Source: an uncultured delta proteobacterium (GTDB lineage Bacteria; Myxococcota; Myxococcia; Myxococcales; Myxococcaceae). Taken from it: a stretch of DNA of 64,000 nt. Shown in pieces: positions 1-10,015 of this stretch. The translations under genes were made by a program, and so were the position numbers. The notes under the pieces were generated by a model, which worked only from the letters and a program-made list of their open reading frames with translations, was not told where the DNA came from and did not search any database. How positions within the stretch are numbered: the first letter of the stretch is position 1; the number at the start of each line of letters is the position of its first letter. The stretch lies in contig CAVQKE010000003.1 of assembly GCA_963713045.1 (NCBI GenBank), positions 1,184,001 to 1,248,000 on the forward strand, written 5' to 3'.

Positions 1-203
1 CGGGCCACGTCCTCGCCGTCCCACAGCAGCCGTCCGGAGGTGGGACGGGTCAGTGTCGCCACAATCCGCATCAGCGTGGACTTGCCGGCCCCATTCGGCC
101 CCAACAGCCCGAGGACGCCTGGCGTCAGCGTCAGGCTGAAGCTGTCGAGCGCCAGGCCGCGGCCCGGGTAGGACTTGGAGACCGCCTCCATGCAGAGTTC
201 CAC
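1..203 (-). CDS. ABC transporter ATP-binding protein, 5' part only (runs off the window)
   Basis: Manual translation from GTG at 203 gives VELCMEAVSKSYPGRGLALDSFSLTLTPGVLGLLGPNGAGKSTLMRIVATL. It has a Walker A motif (GPNGAGKST) and a GGAGAGG SD upstream. Not in the ORF track. Confidence 0.85.
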   Translation of the reverse strand, partial: MELCMEAVSKSYPGRGLALDSFSLTLTPGVLGLLGPNGAGKSTLMRIVATLTRPTSGRLLWDGEDVA

Positions 204-323
204 CTGGGTCAGCCTCTCCGCCCTGGGGGCGCCCCGCCCACGCCCAAGGCCCCGTCCGTCCGGGGCCCCACCCTAGCGGAAGCCACGCTGCTGCTGCAGA
301 GCGCCCCGGCAGACGGTGGCCGT

Positions 324-965
324 TTAGGCCACCGACGCCGCCGCCGCTCGGCGCGCCTTGGCCCGCCGGGTGCGCACCGCGTCCACCAAGCGCACCAGAA
401 AAAGGGCGCCCAGCACCAGCGCGTAGAGAAGGGGCTCGCGGATGTCCAGCTTCACCCGCCACAGGAAATGCACCACCGCCAGCACACCCGCCAGGTACGC
501 CAGCCGGTGAAGCGCCTTCCAGCGCCGGAAGCCGAGCCGCCGCACCGAAGCGTCGGTGGAGGTGAGGGCCAAAGGAAGCAGCGCCAGGTAGGCACCGAAA
601 CCGACCACCATGAATTTGCGCTTGGTGACGTCCGCCCACAGCACCGCCCAGTCGAAGCGTTGGTCGATGATGACGTACGTCGCCAGGTGCACCGTCGCGT
701 AGAAAAACGCGAAGAGGCCCAGCATCCGGCGCAGGCGCACCGGCCACGTCCAGCCGAACACCAACTTGGCCGGCGTGGCAGCCAACGAGGCGATGAGGAA
801 AATCAGGGCCAAAAGCCCGAAGCGGTTGAGGGAAATGGCCACCGGGTCCGCGCCCACGTCCCCTCGCACCAACTGCACCGCGAGGCCGACGAGGGGCACC
901 AGCGCTCCCAGGAAGACGCCGGGCTTCAACCAGGGATAGGGGACGCGGCGCGGCGGCGAGGCCAT
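324..965 (-). CDS. msrQ: Methionine sulfoxide reductase heme-binding membrane subunit MsrQ (YedZ)
   Basis: Multi-TM ferric-reductase-like protein with RRMLGL..FFYATVH and WKALHRLAY; directly downstream of msrP. Confidence 0.93.
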   Translation of the reverse strand: MASPPRRVPYPWLKPGVFLGALVPLVGLAVQLVRGDVGADPVAISLNRFGLLALIFLIASLAATPAKLVFGWTWPVRLRRMLGLFAFFYATVHLATYVIIDQRFDWAVLWADVTKRKFMVVGFGAYLALLPLALTSTDASVRRLGFRRWKALHRLAYLAGVLAVVHFLWRVKLDIREPLLYALVLGALFLVRLVDAVRTRRAKARRAAAASVA

Positions 966-980
966 GCTGCCTGTGGGAGG

Positions 981-1952
981 CTAGTACAGTTTCTTCGGGT
1001 CCATGCCGGCGTACAGCGAAGCGACGTACTCGCCATAGCCGTTGAAGGGCAGCGTCTTCCTCCGGCTAAATTCACCGATGCGCCGCTCTGTGGCCTGGCT
1101 CCACCGCGGGTGGTCCACCGCCGGGTTGACGTTGGCGTAGAAGCCGTACTCGCTCGGCGCGGACAAGGCCCAGGTGGTTCGCGGCTGCTCCTCGGCGAAG
1201 CTGATTTTGACGATGCACTTGATGCCCTTGAAGCCGTACTTCCAAGGCGTCACCAGCCGCAGCGGTGCGCCATTTTGGCTGGGCAGTGTCTTGCCGTAGA
1301 GGCCGATCGCGATCAGGGCCAGCGGGTTCAGTGCCTCATCCATGCGCAGGCCCTCGACGTAGGGCCAGTCGAGCAGGTGGCTGCGCTCCTCGGGCATCTG
1401 CGTCGGGTCCATCAACGTCTGGAAGGCGACGTACTTCGCGCTGCCCAGCGGCTCGCAACGCTTCACCAACTCGGCCAGCGGAAAGCCGATCCAGGGGATG
1501 ACCATCGACCAGGCCTCGACGCAGCGCATGCGGTAGACGCGCTCCTCAAGGGTGAACCATTTGAAGAGGGTGTCCACGTCGACGGTGAACGGCTTCTTGA
1601 CCAGGCCCTCCACCGCCACCGACCACGGCCGCGTCTTCAGGGTGCCAGCGTTGCGCGCCGGGTCCCCCTTGTCCGTCCCGAATTCGTAAAAGTTGTTGTA
1701 GTGCGTGACGTCCACGTACTTGGTGGGCGTTTCGTCGGTGTCGTACTTGCCGAGGATTTTGAGCGGCGCAGGCTCCGGGGCGGGAGAGGCGTCGGGCTCC
1801 GGCGCTGCGCCGGTCAGGGCGAGAAGCGCCCCGCCGCTTCCGGCGGCGGTGAGAGTCATCAGGACGGAATTCTTGAGAAATTCCCGCCGGCGCCGAAACA
1901 GGGGCTCCGGCGTCATCTCGGAACTGGGCGGGGGTGTCGGTATCCTAGGCAT
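981..1952 (-). CDS. msrP: Periplasmic methionine sulfoxide reductase catalytic subunit MsrP (YedY), Tat-exported molybdoenzyme
   Basis: Tat motif [47 protein letters not shown] and [14 protein letters not shown] motifs. Confidence 0.96.
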   Translation of the reverse strand: MPRIPTPPPSSEMTPEPLFRRRREFLKNSVLMTLTAAGSGGALLALTGAAPEPDASPAPEPAPLKILGKYDTDETPTKYVDVTHYNNFYEFGTDKGDPARNAGTLKTRPWSVAVEGLVKKPFTVDVDTLFKWFTLEERVYRMRCVEAWSMVIPWIGFPLAELVKRCEPLGSAKYVAFQTLMDPTQMPEERSHLLDWPYVEGLRMDEALNPLALIAIGLYGKTLPSQNGAPLRLVTPWKYGFKGIKCIVKISFAEEQPRTTWALSAPSEYGFYANVNPAVDHPRWSQATERRIGEFSRRKTLPFNGYGEYVASLYAGMDPKKLY

Positions 1953-2119
1953 GGTCAGTCGCCTTCAGAGAGAAGACGCTCCGGGAGGGTCTCTCGTTAC
2001 TCCGGCGCGGGTGCATCCGCCACCCCACAACCGCCGACAGGGCCCCTTGTTCTTCGAGCGGCCAAGTGCCGGGACGTCTTGACGCCCGGCCAGGACTTCG
2101 GGCGTGGTGGGGCCGCCCC

Positions 2120-4021
2120 GTGCCACTTCCCACCTTGCTGTCGAGCCCTCTCCTCAGGCGCACCACCACGTTGCCCTTGCTGCTGGGGGCGCTGGGTTGC
2201 CCTTCCACGCCTGGTCCGGCGCCCGTCGACGCAGGGCCGATTCTCATCGTCAACGCTCCCATTCCCGGCGCCGGCACCACCAACGCCGACTGCAGCTGGA
2301 CCCAGCTGGGACAGAATGCGGCGCACACCGGCACGGCGTGCACGCCTGCCGGCGGCTTGACGTCCGTTCTGGCCACCCTCACCTTCGACCCTTTCGTCAC
2401 CCAGGAACTCATCGATGCAAAAGCACAGAGCGGGGAGGCGGCGCTCTTCGTCCACTACCAGGCGCCCTTGGTGACGGGCGATGACGTGTATGTGGAGACG
2501 AAGGGCGGCACGTACACCGCCTGCACCATCATTATTAATAATCCAGGCGGTCTGGTGACAGCGACGTCGGCCGACGGAGGTCCCTGCGGTTACCTGGCTT
2601 GGGACAGCCAGGTGTGGGGCGAGACGTACTACCAGTGGCAGTCCGGCGTGCTGGTACCGGTGGCCAGCTTCGAAAGTGACTGGAAGCCGGAGCCAGGCGC
2701 GATGGCCGGCTGGGAGCCGCTATTCCACGCCGCGCTGAATGGGGACGTGCTGTGGGTGCCCGGGGCCGGGGGCACGGCCTACCAGGTGGACCGACACACC
2801 ATGACGTCGCTCGGGCAGGTCAATCCCTTCGGGACCACCATCGACCCGAACAACTTCGTCGCTGGCCCCATCACCGTCGCTCCAGATGGCACCGTGCTTT
2901 ACAACGCCGTCCACATCGTCTCGGACCCCTCCGGTGTCAGCGGCCTGGACGTGAGCGGCTTTTTGGTGCGCATTCCAAGCGACGGCGGCGCGGCGCAGGC
3001 GGTGGGCTACCCGGCGCTGATGGTGAATCCGCCCGCGGCGGACGGCGGCTGCCTTGGTGGCTACTTCGACGAAAGCGACGCGGACGGGGGGGACAACTTC
3101 CCGTGGCCGCCCGCCAACAACCACCGCGTCACCGTCACCTGCGGCTCGCTTCGGCCGGGCCTCAACATTGCTCCGGCGGTCGGTGCGGATGGAACCATCT
3201 TCACCATCGCCTTTCCCCACAACGCGGCCAACGCCGGTGCGCTGCTGGCGCTGCACCCGGACCTCACCCCCAAGTGGACGGCCTCCCTCCAGGAGATTCT
3301 GGACGACGGCTGCGGCGTCCTCATCCCGGCGGATGCACAGCCCAACGGCGCACTGCCGGACGGCGGCACCGACTACAACCACTGTCGGGTCGGCGCACCC
3401 AGGGGCGTCGACCCGTACACCGGGCAGAGGCCCTCGGTGGAAGTCAGCGACCAGTCCAGCTCCTCTCCCGTGGTGCTGCCGGACGGGGCGGTCCTCTACG
3501 GCGGCTTCAACTTCTACAACAACTACCGCGGCCACCTGGTGAAGTTCGACGCCGCCGGCACGCTGGAAGCCTCCTACGACGACGGCTGGGACCAGACCCC
3601 TGCGGTGTGGGCGGACGGGGGCAGCTACAGCATTCTCATCAAGGACAACCACTACGGCAGCTGGTACAGCAACGCCGTTGGCCCCTACTTCATCACTCAG
3701 CTGGACGCCAACCTCCTCCAGCAGTGGAGTTACGCCTCCACCAACACCGACTCTTGCGTCACCGACGGCGGCTACCGCTGCGTCTCGGACCACCCCACCG
3801 GCTTCGAGTGGTGTGTCAACGCCCCGGCGGTGGACGTCTACGGCACGGTGTACGTCAACAGCGAGGACGGCCGCGTCTACGCCATTCTTCAGGGCGGCAC
3901 ACTGGCCCAGAGCCGCTTCCTCATCGAGTCCTTGGGGGCCGCCTACACCCCCGTCACCGTGGACGGGCAGGGCCGCACCTACACCATGAATGGCGGGGTG
4001 CTGACGGTGGTTGGGAAGTAG
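2120..4021 (+). CDS. Secreted lipoprotein with PQQ-like beta-propeller character and repeated DGG motifs
   Basis: Lipobox LLLGALGC; propeller-like strands (PAVGADGTIF, SSPVVLPDGAVLYG, APAVDVYGTVYVNSEDGRVYAI). Start uncertain (2066, 2120 or 2135). Confidence 0.7.
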   Translation: MPLPTLLSSPLLRRTTTLPLLLGALGCPSTPGPAPVDAGPILIVNAPIPGAGTTNADCSWTQLGQNAAHTGTACTPAGGLTSVLATLTFDPFVTQELIDAKAQSGEAALFVHYQAPLVTGDDVYVETKGGTYTACTIIINNPGGLVTATSADGGPCGYLAWDSQVWGETYYQWQSGVLVPVASFESDWKPEPGAMAGWEPLFHAALNGDVLWVPGAGGTAYQVDRHTMTSLGQVNPFGTTIDPNNFVAGPITVAPDGTVLYNAVHIVSDPSGVSGLDVSGFLVRIPSDGGAAQAVGYPALMVNPPAADGGCLGGYFDESDADGGDNFPWPPANNHRVTVTCGSLRPGLNIAPAVGADGTIFTIAFPHNAANAGALLALHPDLTPKWTASLQEILDDGCGVLIPADAQPNGALPDGGTDYNHCRVGAPRGVDPYTGQRPSVEVSDQSSSSPVVLPDGAVLYGGFNFYNNYRGHLVKFDAAGTLEASYDDGWDQTPAVWADGGSYSILIKDNHYGSWYSNAVGPYFITQLDANLLQQWSYASTNTDSCVTDGGYRCVSDHPTGFEWCVNAPAVDVYGTVYVNSEDGRVYAILQGGTLAQSRFLIESLGAAYTPVTVDGQGRTYTMNGGVLTVVGK

Positions 4022-4056
4022 CCCAGCGCTCAGCTGGGGGTAGCATTTTGCGCCAC

Positions 4057-5019
4057 GTGCGCCGGTGCACCCCACAGCTGCGTGCAGTCGGTGCCGCGTG
4101 TGCGGTCGCAGGACTGCTGGTGGTTGCCGGCTGCAAGCCCAAACCCGCACCCTCGGCGGAGGAGCGCGACCTCGGGCCCTACCTGCAGTGGTGCCAGGCA
4201 CAGGGCGCCGCGCGCAACAGCTGCTTGGTTTCCGCGGCCTCCGTCTCTCGGGACGCGGCGGCGTGCGCCAGCCTGAAAGGGGCTGGCACCGAACGCGCCG
4301 CCTGCCTTTTGGCAGCCGCCACCGCCTCCGGCCAGACGGCGCCCTGCCGGGCACTGGCCGACCACGAGTTGGTGCAATGCGCGCTGGCCGTGGCGGCGGA
4401 GACGGGACAACTCTCGGCCTGCGAGGCGCTGCAAAGCGTCCACTGGCGCGGTGGAGCCACCCAGGGCCTGTGCGCGGCGGTGGCCCGCGGCGAGCCCGCG
4501 GCCTGCCCCCGGCTGGACGGCGGCGAACTGGGCGCTTGGTGCCTGCACTACGTCGCACTCCGCCGGCGTGACGCCACGCTGTGTGCGCAATTCGGCAAAG
4601 ACGGCCCGGAGGCCCAGGACTGCGCGGCGGCCGTCGCGGTGGCCCGCCACGCCCCGCAGCTGTGCGCTGCCATTTATGCCTCGGCGCCGGACGGCCCAGC
4701 GGAGCGCCGGTGCCAGGTGGCGGCCGCAGTGGCCGCCGGCCAGTTTCCACCGTGCTTCGGCGACCGCGCGCTGTGCGAGCGCTACCTCTGGGTGCCGCGG
4801 CCGTGCGAGGGCGTCCCGGCCAGCTGGGCAGACACCTGCCTCATGCACCAAGCCGTCTTCAGCACCGGCCCCTTCGGCTGCGGTGCGGTGGTGGACAAGC
4901 AGCGCCGGGCGCTGTGCGCCCAGCTGCGGGACGCCCAGGAGGGCTACCTGAAGCGCGCCAAAGGCAGCGATGGCGGGGTGGCACCGCCCGGGCGCCCACT
5001 GAAGGGACAGCTTCCCTAG
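4057..5019 (+). CDS. Cysteine-repeat lipoprotein (seven C-x4-A-x8-C units)
   Basis: 3' part of ORF 2752..5019; start GTG 4057 or TTG 4048; lipobox VVAGC; periodic Cys spacing. Confidence 0.75.
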   Translation: MRRCTPQLRAVGAACAVAGLLVVAGCKPKPAPSAEERDLGPYLQWCQAQGAARNSCLVSAASVSRDAAACASLKGAGTERAACLLAAATASGQTAPCRALADHELVQCALAVAAETGQLSACEALQSVHWRGGATQGLCAAVARGEPAACPRLDGGELGAWCLHYVALRRRDATLCAQFGKDGPEAQDCAAAVAVARHAPQLCAAIYASAPDGPAERRCQVAAAVAAGQFPPCFGDRALCERYLWVPRPCEGVPASWADTCLMHQAVFSTGPFGCGAVVDKQRRALCAQLRDAQEGYLKRAKGSDGGVAPPGRPLKGQLP

Positions 5020-5654
5020 GGGCGACCGCGCGTGCTGGGGGCCCCCTGCAACGCCTTGTCCAACTTTAGCCGGGCTGCCCGGCTAACCAGCACCACCACC
5101 GCGGCGGTCGCCACCAGGCCGGCGGCGAAAAGCAGCTTTGCTGCCCAGCCGGACATCGGCCTGCCGGCAAGCACCTCCGCGGCGCTGCCGAGGAGAGTGC
5201 CCACGTAGACGTACCACACCGCGCCTGGCAGCACGCCCAGCGCTGTCCCGAGGAGGTAAGTGCCCACCGGGACGCGCGTCACGCCGAGGGCATAGTTGAG
5301 AAGGTTGAAGGGGAAGGCCGGAGACAGCCGCAGCAGAAGCACCACCCGGAAGCCTTCGTCGGCAACCGCCTGGTCCACCGCCTTGAAACGGGGGTGCCTC
5401 TCCAAGAGGCGCACCACGGGCGCCCGCAGCACGGTGCGGCCCAGCCCAAAGGCCATCAGCGCGCCCGCCACGCTGCTGGGCACCACCACCGCCAGGCCAC
5501 CCGCCAGCCCGTAGAGGAAGCCAGCCCCCAGCGTCAGCAGAGAACCTGGAAAAAATGCGAGGGTGCCTGCGACGTAGCCAAGCCCATACAGGACTGCGCC
5601 GGCCGGCCCGGCCCCGCGCACCCACTCCACCCAGGACAGAAACAGCTGCCCCAT
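5016..5654 (-). CDS. TVP38/TMEM64 (DedA/VTT) family membrane protein
   Basis: PGSLLTLGAGFLYG, LLLRLSPAFPFNLLNYALG and GTALGVLPG motifs; start re-assigned to ATG 5654 (MGQLFLSW). Confidence 0.88.
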   Translation of the reverse strand: MGQLFLSWVEWVRGAGPAGAVLYGLGYVAGTLAFFPGSLLTLGAGFLYGLAGGLAVVVPSSVAGALMAFGLGRTVLRAPVVRLLERHPRFKAVDQAVADEGFRVVLLLRLSPAFPFNLLNYALGVTRVPVGTYLLGTALGVLPGAVWYVYVGTLLGSAAEVLAGRPMSGWAAKLLFAAGLVATAAVVVLVSRAARLKLDKALQGAPSTRGRP

Positions 5655-5941
5655 GCCCTGCCCTTCGGCGGACAGCGCCGCCCCCGCCTGCCAGTGTTGC
5701 TGCGCGGCTGGCAGGCTTCCGCCGCCCCTCGCGCCAACACCCCTGTGGGTGTATCCCCTTGCCCAGGCCACACATTCAAGCACAAGCAAAAATAGCGACG
5801 GGGCTGCACGCCACTCCAGCAGCTGACGTAGGCAGGACTGGTTGGGCGCCCGGCCCCGCTCCTCTGTGGGGATGGTTTGCCCAAGAATGGGGGTTCGCGT
5901 TCCTACGTCTGGACCCCCGCCGCCCTCAGGAGCTTCCCCGG

Positions 5942-8056
5942 ATGCGACCCCTTTCCCAAACACCTCCCCTGCTGCTCCTGGCCGCGTGCGCCACCCTGGC
6001 GGCCTGCTCGAGCAGCACCAGCAACAACCTGACCCACCCGCCGCCCATTGCCAGCAGTGTCACGCTGACCAACTTCACCGACTGCAGCTCGCTTCAGCAG
6101 GCCATCGTCAACACCGAAGTGCTGCAGATGCAGAGCCAGCTGCAAATGGTGGAGCAGGGCTACTTCTACCCGGGCGGCATCTCCAATGGAGGCCCGGCGG
6201 TCCCAGCCACGGCCAGCAACGCGGCCGGCCCCTCTGCCTACACCACCACCACCGCCCAGGTGGCGGGGGTGGATGAGGCGGACTTCGTCCAGAATGACGG
6301 GACGCGGATTTTCGTGCTGTCCGGCACCTCGCTCTACGCCTCCACCAGCTGGCCGCCGGCGTCGCTCGCGCTGCAGTCGCACCTCACCATCGAGGGCTGG
6401 CCGCAAGAGATGTTCCTGTCCGGAAACCAGGTGGTGGTCTTCTCCGCCGTCTACTCGCCGCGCCCCATCGACGCGCCGGCTGCAGGCGTTGCCACCCCGG
6501 CCATTTGCGTCGACTCCGCATGGGACTGTGGCTACAACTTCGACAACGTCACCAAAGTCACCACCATCGACGTCTCCACCCTCAGCAGTCCGAAAGTCAT
6601 CGGCGAGTTGTACCTGCCGGGCAGCTACCTCACCTCGCGCCTCATCGGCACCGAAATCCGTCTGGTGCTGAACGACTCGCTCGCCTTCCCACAGGGCGTC
6701 AGCTTCTGGCCCTCGGACTTGCCGCCCAACGCCACCGCCAGCCAACGCAATCAAGCGTTTGCGCAGCTCGAGTCGGCCAATGAATCGCTCATCCGCAGCT
6801 TCTCGCTGGACGACTGGTTGCGCCGGCCCTCCTATGTCGAAGCGGACGGCGGGACGGTTCCGCTCGGCTACAGCTGCACCGACTTTGCCCGCAGCAACGG
6901 CTCCACCCGGATGGGAATCGTCACCATCGCCACCATCAACCTCGACGGCCAGGGGCTGACGTCGCGGACCTCGGTGCTGGAACAAGCGGACCTGGTCTAC
7001 GCCTCCACCAGCACCCTCTACATCGCCGCCCAACACTGGTGGTGGTGGCCGTCCCCTGGACAAACCGACGCCACCTACATCCATGCCTTTGACATTTCCC
7101 AGCCCAACTCGGCCGTGTACCTCGGCTCGGGCGTCGTCGCCGGCAACCCCCAAAACCAATACAGCTTCGATGAATGGAACGGGAACCTGCGGGTGGCCTC
7201 GCAGTTGGCGACGCGGGTGGCGGACCCGAACAGCGGGCCCTTTGGCAACATCCAAAACGCAAGCCAAGTCAGTGTCCTCACCCTGGACGGCGGGACCCTC
7301 GTCACCACTGGCACCACGCCGCCGCTCGCGGTGGGGGACACCCTCACCGCCTCGCGCTTTCTCGGCTCGCGCGGCTTCCTCGTCGCCAGCCGGCAGGTGG
7401 ACCCCCTGTTGACGTTCGACCTCTCGGACCCGTCGCACCCCAGCGAGGTGGCCGAACTGCAAGTCAGCGGCTTCAACGCCTTCCTCTACCCCATCGACAA
7501 CACCCACCTGTTGGCCCTGGGGGAGCAGCTGGCGACGGACGCGTCGAGCGAGGAGCTGCAGCTCACCCTCTTCGACGTCACGGACTTGAGCGCACCCAAG
7601 GTGACGTCCCAGGTGGTGGTGGGCACCGGTTACTCCTCGTCGCAAGCGCTGTGGGACCCCAAGGCCATTACCTGGTTCGGCAGCGCCAAGACGCTGGCCA
7701 TTCCCTTCGTCGACTGGCAGCCGTCCGCCACCTGGGACGGCTTCATCTCCGACTTGAGACTCTTCACCGTGGACACCTCGACCGGTATTTCCCCCCTGGG
7801 GAGCCTGTCGATGTCGGACTGCTATGAGGCCACCGGAGACCAGAATTGGGCGTACTACTGGTCGCCTTCGGTGATGCGCAGCATCCTCGCCACCGACCCG
7901 GTGTCCGGCATGTCCGCGGTGTATGCCATTTCCGACGCCGGCATCCGCTCGGCCTGGGTGGCCAGCCTGCCGGCTTGGCTGGCCACGGTGCACTTCATCC
8001 CCCTGTTGCCGCCCACTCCGGTTGGGCCCGTGCCCCCGCCAGGCGGCACCCCCTGA
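5942..8056 (+). CDS. Beta-propeller domain (Beta_propel family) lipoprotein
   Basis: Start ATG 5942 (MRPLSQT...LAAC lipobox); TTAQVAGVDEADFVQNDG, NQYSFDEWNGNLRVA, VDPLLTFDLSDPSHP and GFNAFLYPI match the family signature. Confidence 0.85.
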   Translation: MRPLSQTPPLLLLAACATLAACSSSTSNNLTHPPPIASSVTLTNFTDCSSLQQAIVNTEVLQMQSQLQMVEQGYFYPGGISNGGPAVPATASNAAGPSAYTTTTAQVAGVDEADFVQNDGTRIFVLSGTSLYASTSWPPASLALQSHLTIEGWPQEMFLSGNQVVVFSAVYSPRPIDAPAAGVATPAICVDSAWDCGYNFDNVTKVTTIDVSTLSSPKVIGELYLPGSYLTSRLIGTEIRLVLNDSLAFPQGVSFWPSDLPPNATASQRNQAFAQLESANESLIRSFSLDDWLRRPSYVEADGGTVPLGYSCTDFARSNGSTRMGIVTIATINLDGQGLTSRTSVLEQADLVYASTSTLYIAAQHWWWWPSPGQTDATYIHAFDISQPNSAVYLGSGVVAGNPQNQYSFDEWNGNLRVASQLATRVADPNSGPFGNIQNASQVSVLTLDGGTLVTTGTTPPLAVGDTLTASRFLGSRGFLVASRQVDPLLTFDLSDPSHPSEVAELQVSGFNAFLYPIDNTHLLALGEQLATDASSEELQLTLFDVTDLSAPKVTSQVVVGTGYSSSQALWDPKAITWFGSAKTLAIPFVDWQPSATWDGFISDLRLFTVDTSTGISPLGSLSMSDCYEATGDQNWAYYWSPSVMRSILATDPVSGMSAVYAISDAGIRSAWVASLPAWLATVHFIPLLPPTPVGPVPPPGGTP

Positions 8057-8067
8057 GCAACCAACGG

Positions 8068-8823
8068 ATGCGCAGAACGCCCAGGCGGTGGTGGCTGGCC
8101 TGCATGCCTTTGCTGGCCCTGGCAGGGTGCGGTTCTCAAGTCGCGCCGGATTACCCGGGCCAGCCACTGGTGTCGCTCACCGGGCAGGTGACGAGTACTT
8201 CCCGGGTGCCGTCGGGGCAGGTGGAGGTGGCCCTGCTCTGGCAGCGCGGGCCGCCTCCCAGCACCGGGGACGAGTCGCTCGCCACCACCGCCGCCGTCCA
8301 GGGCGAATTCCCCGCGCAATTCGTCCTCCACCTGTACCACCCGCCGCCCCCGGCGGCGTTGGAGGCACTGCAAGCGGGCGAGGTGAGTTTTGCCCGAGCC
8401 AATGCGGCCGTTCTCCCCGAAGACGTCGCAACCGTCGCGAAAAACCTAGCCTCGCAAGCCAATGCGCCGGCCAGCGACATCTCCACCACCGCCTACGCGC
8501 TGGATGAGTTGCACTGGTTCCTCTTCCTCAACCAAGACGTGCCCGCCAACTCCCTGACGGAATGGTGGCTCGGCGGGGCGCTGCCCGCCGGCTACCACCT
8601 CCTCAACGTGCTGGCCACCAGCTCGGCCTGTCTCCAGCCTGCCCAGGTGGCCGCCTGCGTCGCCCTTCTTGCCCAGCGCGGCGTCCCGGATGTGCCGTCG
8701 GGAGACGGCGAGGCGACCGGCTACTGCACCGCCACCTACCGGCTGCAGCCGGCGTCCTTTTCCGAAGGCATTACGCTGCAAATTGGCGGAACCCAGTCGT
8801 TTCCCGTTGCGCCTTGCCCATGA
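8068..8823 (+). CDS. Hypothetical lipoprotein
   Basis: ATG 8068, lipobox LALAGC; stop overlaps the start of the downstream ECF sigma (ATGA). Confidence 0.75.
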   Translation: MRRTPRRWWLACMPLLALAGCGSQVAPDYPGQPLVSLTGQVTSTSRVPSGQVEVALLWQRGPPPSTGDESLATTAAVQGEFPAQFVLHLYHPPPPAALEALQAGEVSFARANAAVLPEDVATVAKNLASQANAPASDISTTAYALDELHWFLFLNQDVPANSLTEWWLGGALPAGYHLLNVLATSSACLQPAQVAACVALLAQRGVPDVPSGDGEATGYCTATYRLQPASFSEGITLQIGGTQSFPVAPCP

Positions 8824-9308
8824 CGCAGGACGCAGCCGCGGTGGAGCAGCTGTACCGAACGCACGGCCACGTGGTGCTGCGCCGGGCCCGGACATTGCTC
8901 GGCAACGACGTCGAGGCGGATGAGGCACTGCAGGACATTTTTGCTGGCCTGTTGCGCGCGCCGACGGCCCTCCGCGCCCCTGGCTCGGTGGTGGCTTGGC
9001 TGTATCAGGCCACCACCCACTTCTGCCTCAACCAGTTGCGGAACCGCCGCACCGGACTGCGGCTATTGGACCGGCACGTCCGGCCGGCGCAAGCCAGCAC
9101 CGAGGCACCCCGCGGCGAGGCGCTGGCCGCGGTGCGCCAGCTGCTCCGTCGTCTGCCTGAGCCGCTGGCCGCCGTCCTCGTCTACCACCACCTGGACGGC
9201 ATGACGCAGGAAGAAATCTCCACCGTGCTCGGCTGCTCGCGACGTCAGGTGGGCTATTTGTTGGAGCGGGCGCACGCCTCGCTCCAGTCGGAGGAACGCA
9301 GCGCATGA
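8820..9308 (+). CDS. ECF RNA polymerase sigma factor
   Basis: ATG 8820; region 2 (EADEALQDIF..AWLYQATTHFCLNQLR) and region 4 (DGMTQEEISTVLGCSRRQV). Confidence 0.9.
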   Translation: MTQDAAAVEQLYRTHGHVVLRRARTLLGNDVEADEALQDIFAGLLRAPTALRAPGSVVAWLYQATTHFCLNQLRNRRTGLRLLDRHVRPAQASTEAPRGEALAAVRQLLRRLPEPLAAVLVYHHLDGMTQEEISTVLGCSRRQVGYLLERAHASLQSEERSA

Positions 9309-10015
9309 ATGCCTTGCTTGAGGAGGCGCGCTGGCCGGCGTGCCTGTCCGCTTACCGCCTCGACCGCTTCAGGCTGGGGGAGCTCCCGCCCGGAGAAGCC
9401 ACCGACGTCCGGACGCACCTCGCCGGATGCGAGAAATGTCGTGCGGCGGAGGCGCTCCTCTCTTCTGCCGAGGCAGACTACTCCGCCCTGGTCCCGCCCC
9501 TTCGCCGCTCCCCGCGGGCCGGGCGGGCCGTGGCCTGGGGCGTGGGCGCGGCGGCGCTGGCCGCGCTGTGCCTTGTGGCCCTCCGCCCGGCCGCAATGCA
9601 AGTGCGCACCAAGGGTCCGGCCACCTCGCTGGGGATGTACGTCCAGCACGACCAGACGGTGCGCCGCGCGCTGCCGGGCGAGGCGGTGGCGCCGGGAGAC
9701 GTGGTCCGCTTCGTCTACTCCAGCCGGGAGCCACGCTTTCTGGCCATCCTCAGCGTCGACGGCGCTGGGGTGGCTTCGGTGTACTTCCCCAACGGCCCGC
9801 AGGCGATGCGCATGCCGGCCGCGGAGGACACGCCCTTGCCCCTCGGCACCCGCCTCGACGGCACCCTCGGCGAGGAGCACGTGGTCGCCCTCTTCTGCGA
9901 GCACTCCCAGGAGCTCGAGCCAGTCCGTCGCGCGCTTCAGGCCGCCTCGGCGGCGCTTCCCGAGGTGCCGGGCTGCACCCTGGCCACCTTCCACTTCAGC
10001 AAGCGGGCTCCGTGA
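9305..10015 (+). CDS. Zinc-finger (ZAS) transmembrane anti-sigma factor with DUF4384-like C-terminal domain
   Basis: HLAGCEKC (H-x3-C-x2-C), a TM helix, then RTKG...PGDVVRF...LSVDGAG...LDGTLGEE; translationally coupled to the sigma gene. Confidence 0.8.
   Translation: MNALLEEARWPACLSAYRLDRFRLGELPPGEATDVRTHLAGCEKCRAAEALLSSAEADYSALVPPLRRSPRAGRAVAWGVGAAALAALCLVALRPAAMQVRTKGPATSLGMYVQHDQTVRRALPGEAVAPGDVVRFVYSSREPRFLAILSVDGAGVASVYFPNGPQAMRMPAAEDTPLPLGTRLDGTLGEEHVVALFCEHSQELEPVRRALQAASAALPEVPGCTLATFHFSKRAP

Noticed and set aside
468..2360. Long + strand ORF (630 aa) and similar long ORFs (2720..4750, 5903..8167, 17486..19162, 28396..29901, 35000..37075)
   Set aside because: Antisense shadows of well-supported genes in high-GC DNA; Arg/Gly/His-rich with no motifs.
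9340..10011. Long N-terminal extension of the caspase ORF (likewise extensions of ORFs 2752, 5555, 39323, 50019 and 61003)
   Set aside because: They overlap other genes and are low-complexity; downstream starts give proper signal peptides or SD sites.
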